A stretch of DNA of 62,370 bases, filler included, from Rhabdomonas costata (lineage: Eukaryota): the NCBI GenBank assembly GCA_019059605.1. It is 37 parts of 37 records of this genome, joined end to end, with 100 filler letters (N's around TTAATTAATTAA, not from the genome) between each part and the next. Parts side by side here need not be neighbours in the genome. Positions count along the whole stretch, not along the records: positions 59,095 to 60,682 come from JAHMHO010012517.1; positions 60,783 to 62,370 come from JAHMHO010012518.1; 35 more parts are not named here. One strand, written 5' to 3'. Below the pieces are notes generated by a model that was not told the DNA's origin, made no database searches, and worked only from the letters and a program-made list of their open reading frames with translations. A program made the translations under genes and the position numbers. Shown one piece after another: positions 60,478-62,370 of the stretch; within the stretch, counting starts at the first letter, position 1; each line of letters starts with the position of its first letter.

Positions 60478-61462
60478 GTGGTTATGGTTGTGGGTGCTGT
60501 TGTCCGGCCGACAGGCTTTTTCGACGCTTTGCAGTTAATGCCATGTTTTCAATGCAGATTTAGATGCATGGAATGCCGCGAAATAGTTGCAAGGGGTTAG
60601 AGGCGTTGTAAAAACGTCTCAGTCATGGGTTTTTTGAGGGGGGTGCGTCGAGTTCAGCAACTTGTGCAATGACCCCACAACANNNNNNNNNNNNNNNNNN
60701 NNNNNNNNNNNNNNNNNNNNNNNNNNTTAATTAATTAANNNNNNNNNNNNNNNNNNNNNNNNNNNNNNNNNNNNNNNNNNNNTGTTTGTGTAGCATCCCA
60801 GAGAAGGGCAAGCCAATTGCAAAAGAGACGAAGGCGCCGCAGAAGCGGAGGCAGCCTGCATCTGATCTCCCCGCAGTGGTCAGCGCGGCCCGCGCGCTGC
60901 TGAGCTCCGCGGCCAGTGCCACAAAGCAAAGGCCTCGGGGGAAGGCCTCGGCGGCTGTGGGCGGAGGGGAGGCCCCGGCGTCATCCGCGTCCGCAGATAC
61001 CTTGAAAGAGGACATCAAGGCCTTGGGGGTGCACCGCGCAGCCCTGAAGGGTTTTGTTTGGATTTGAATGGGGGGAGATAATAGGGCTGTGGCGTTATTC
61101 GTTGATCGCCATGCGGTCTGTGTGCTTGGGCCAGGGTCCGACACATTTTGCGTTCGTTGACAAAACTGCAAACCTGCACAAAAGGAAGATCAGTAGAATG
61201 TGAGGATCCAGAAAAAAGATGTGACACAGCTGTTTTTTGAAGCTGTTTTTTTAATTATCTCTGAGAGTTGTGTTGTGTTCAGTTAGCCTGTTCATTAGCC
61301 TGCTGCGCCTCCGGTATGGCATCGTTCCCCCCCTGATGTGGTGCCCCAGCTCATGTTCCGCTCCTCGTAACCACATCCACCACAACCGTACGCATCCAAT
61401 ACTTCCCTCACGAAGGAGTCCACACCTCCGCACCTCGCCCTCCCGCAATTTCCTCTGCACAG

Positions 61463-61680
61463 CCCTGCAGCAGCAGTACGGCACCCCGCAGTCCGTGGAG
61501 GCGCTGTGGCAGCCCTTGGAGCAGGGCCTGCAGCTCACCATCGCCGCGCTGGCCCGCGAGCTCATCAGCAGCCCGGCCTGGTTGCGCAAGGCCTCCCGGC
61601 CCGAGCCCAGCAACCACGGCACCAGGCTCAGCATGGCGGGGCTGATGCGGTTCTTCACCTCCCAGGGCGCCTACACGAAG
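61463..61680 (+). CDS. Internal exon of an uncharacterised protein (another exon probably near 60795-61048)
   Basis: cag|...LQQQYGTPQSVEALWQPLEQGLQLTIAALARELISSPAWLRK...FFTSQGAYTK|gtgtgc; GC3-rich. Confidence 0.55.
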
Positions 61681-62370
61681 GTGTGCTTTACAGGAGTGCT
61701 AATTTTGCGAGGGGCAGTGCCAGACTTCCCAGCCTGGGAAACCGGTGAGAACTTGGACCCCTGTGTTGTGTGCGAAAGTGCTCCCTTTGGGAATAGGATA
61801 TGACCAGTTTTCAGTAATTGTGAGATAACCCCCCACCCGCCCGGCTTTGCAGCCAAAATATGCCAAACACGATACAAAACAAGATACAAATGTATTGTGT
61901 TTGACATCTTTTGGCTGCGAAATCGCCTCACATCGCAAGAATCGGACGAACATTAATGGTGTCTCTTCTGAGTGTCGCGTTGCTCTGTTTACAACAGAAT
62001 GCTGGATTGGGGCAAATGGCACCTGGGGCCCCGAAAGATTGGGCGCCATTCAGCCATTCAGTCAGCAGCAGTTGGCCTGCTTTTTACGACCAACAAATAA
62101 AAACGGGGGGAAACGGGGAAAAAATATAGGGGTCGGCAAAAACATATAAAAAATTGCATAAAAAGCATGCACCAAGCCTCCATCCTTTCTCTTTGTAGTT
62201 TACTGTAATACAAAAACAATGCTTTTTGCGCGGCTGAATTTTTCGGCTTTTTCTATTCCTGTTATAAAATTGTCGGTTTTGTTGAAGCCCACAATTGGTG
62301 GAGACGCAGGCATCCCTTCCTTCCTGCGCAGATCTGGCAGAGCAAGCGCGATGACGGGGGCAACCCCCCC

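Noticed and set aside
1590-60782. Regularly spaced TTAATTAATTAA repeats as a CRISPR-like or biological array
   Set aside because: They sit inside N runs and form a standard six-frame-stop linker.
1-62370. tRNA, rRNA, SL-RNA, snoRNA genes and true non-GT/GC nonconventional introns
   Set aside because: No cloverleaf or conserved RNA motif was recognised by eye, and all homology-anchored introns are GT-AG or GC-AG. An Infernal scan and RNA-seq would be needed to exclude them.

Overview
This is not a contiguous locus. It is 37 unrelated contigs of about 1.59 kb, joined by 36 artificial 100-bp linkers (N44-TTAATTAATTAA-N44). Most contigs start G/T-rich and end A/C-rich, and five have terminal fold-back inverted repeats; both patterns point to whole-genome-amplified DNA. 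The DNA is from an intron-rich eukaryote with spliceosomal GT-AG introns and one GC-AG intron. Donor sites are mostly GTNYG and almost never GTRAG. It has a flagellum (IFT139) and mitochondrial-type metabolism (succinyl-CoA synthetase alpha); a euglenid-like protist is my inference, not proven. Gene fragments rebuilt by hand-splicing include the [FeFe]-hydrogenase maturase HydE, a formate/nitrite transporter, a bacterial-like GH65 disaccharide phosphorylase, Rab21, a poly(A) polymerase C-terminus, a sacsin-like HATPase, a disintegrin-repeat protein, and DnaJ, RRM, cold-shock, SAM, PDZ and EF-hand proteins. There is also an internally deleted Merlin/IS1595-type transposase with a candidate right end. 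The most notable signal is the intron-containing HydE, which implies hydrogenase-based anaerobic metabolism. No multi-gene system can be shown, because neighbouring contigs are not physically linked. I recognised no rRNA, tRNA, SL-RNA or CRISPR array.
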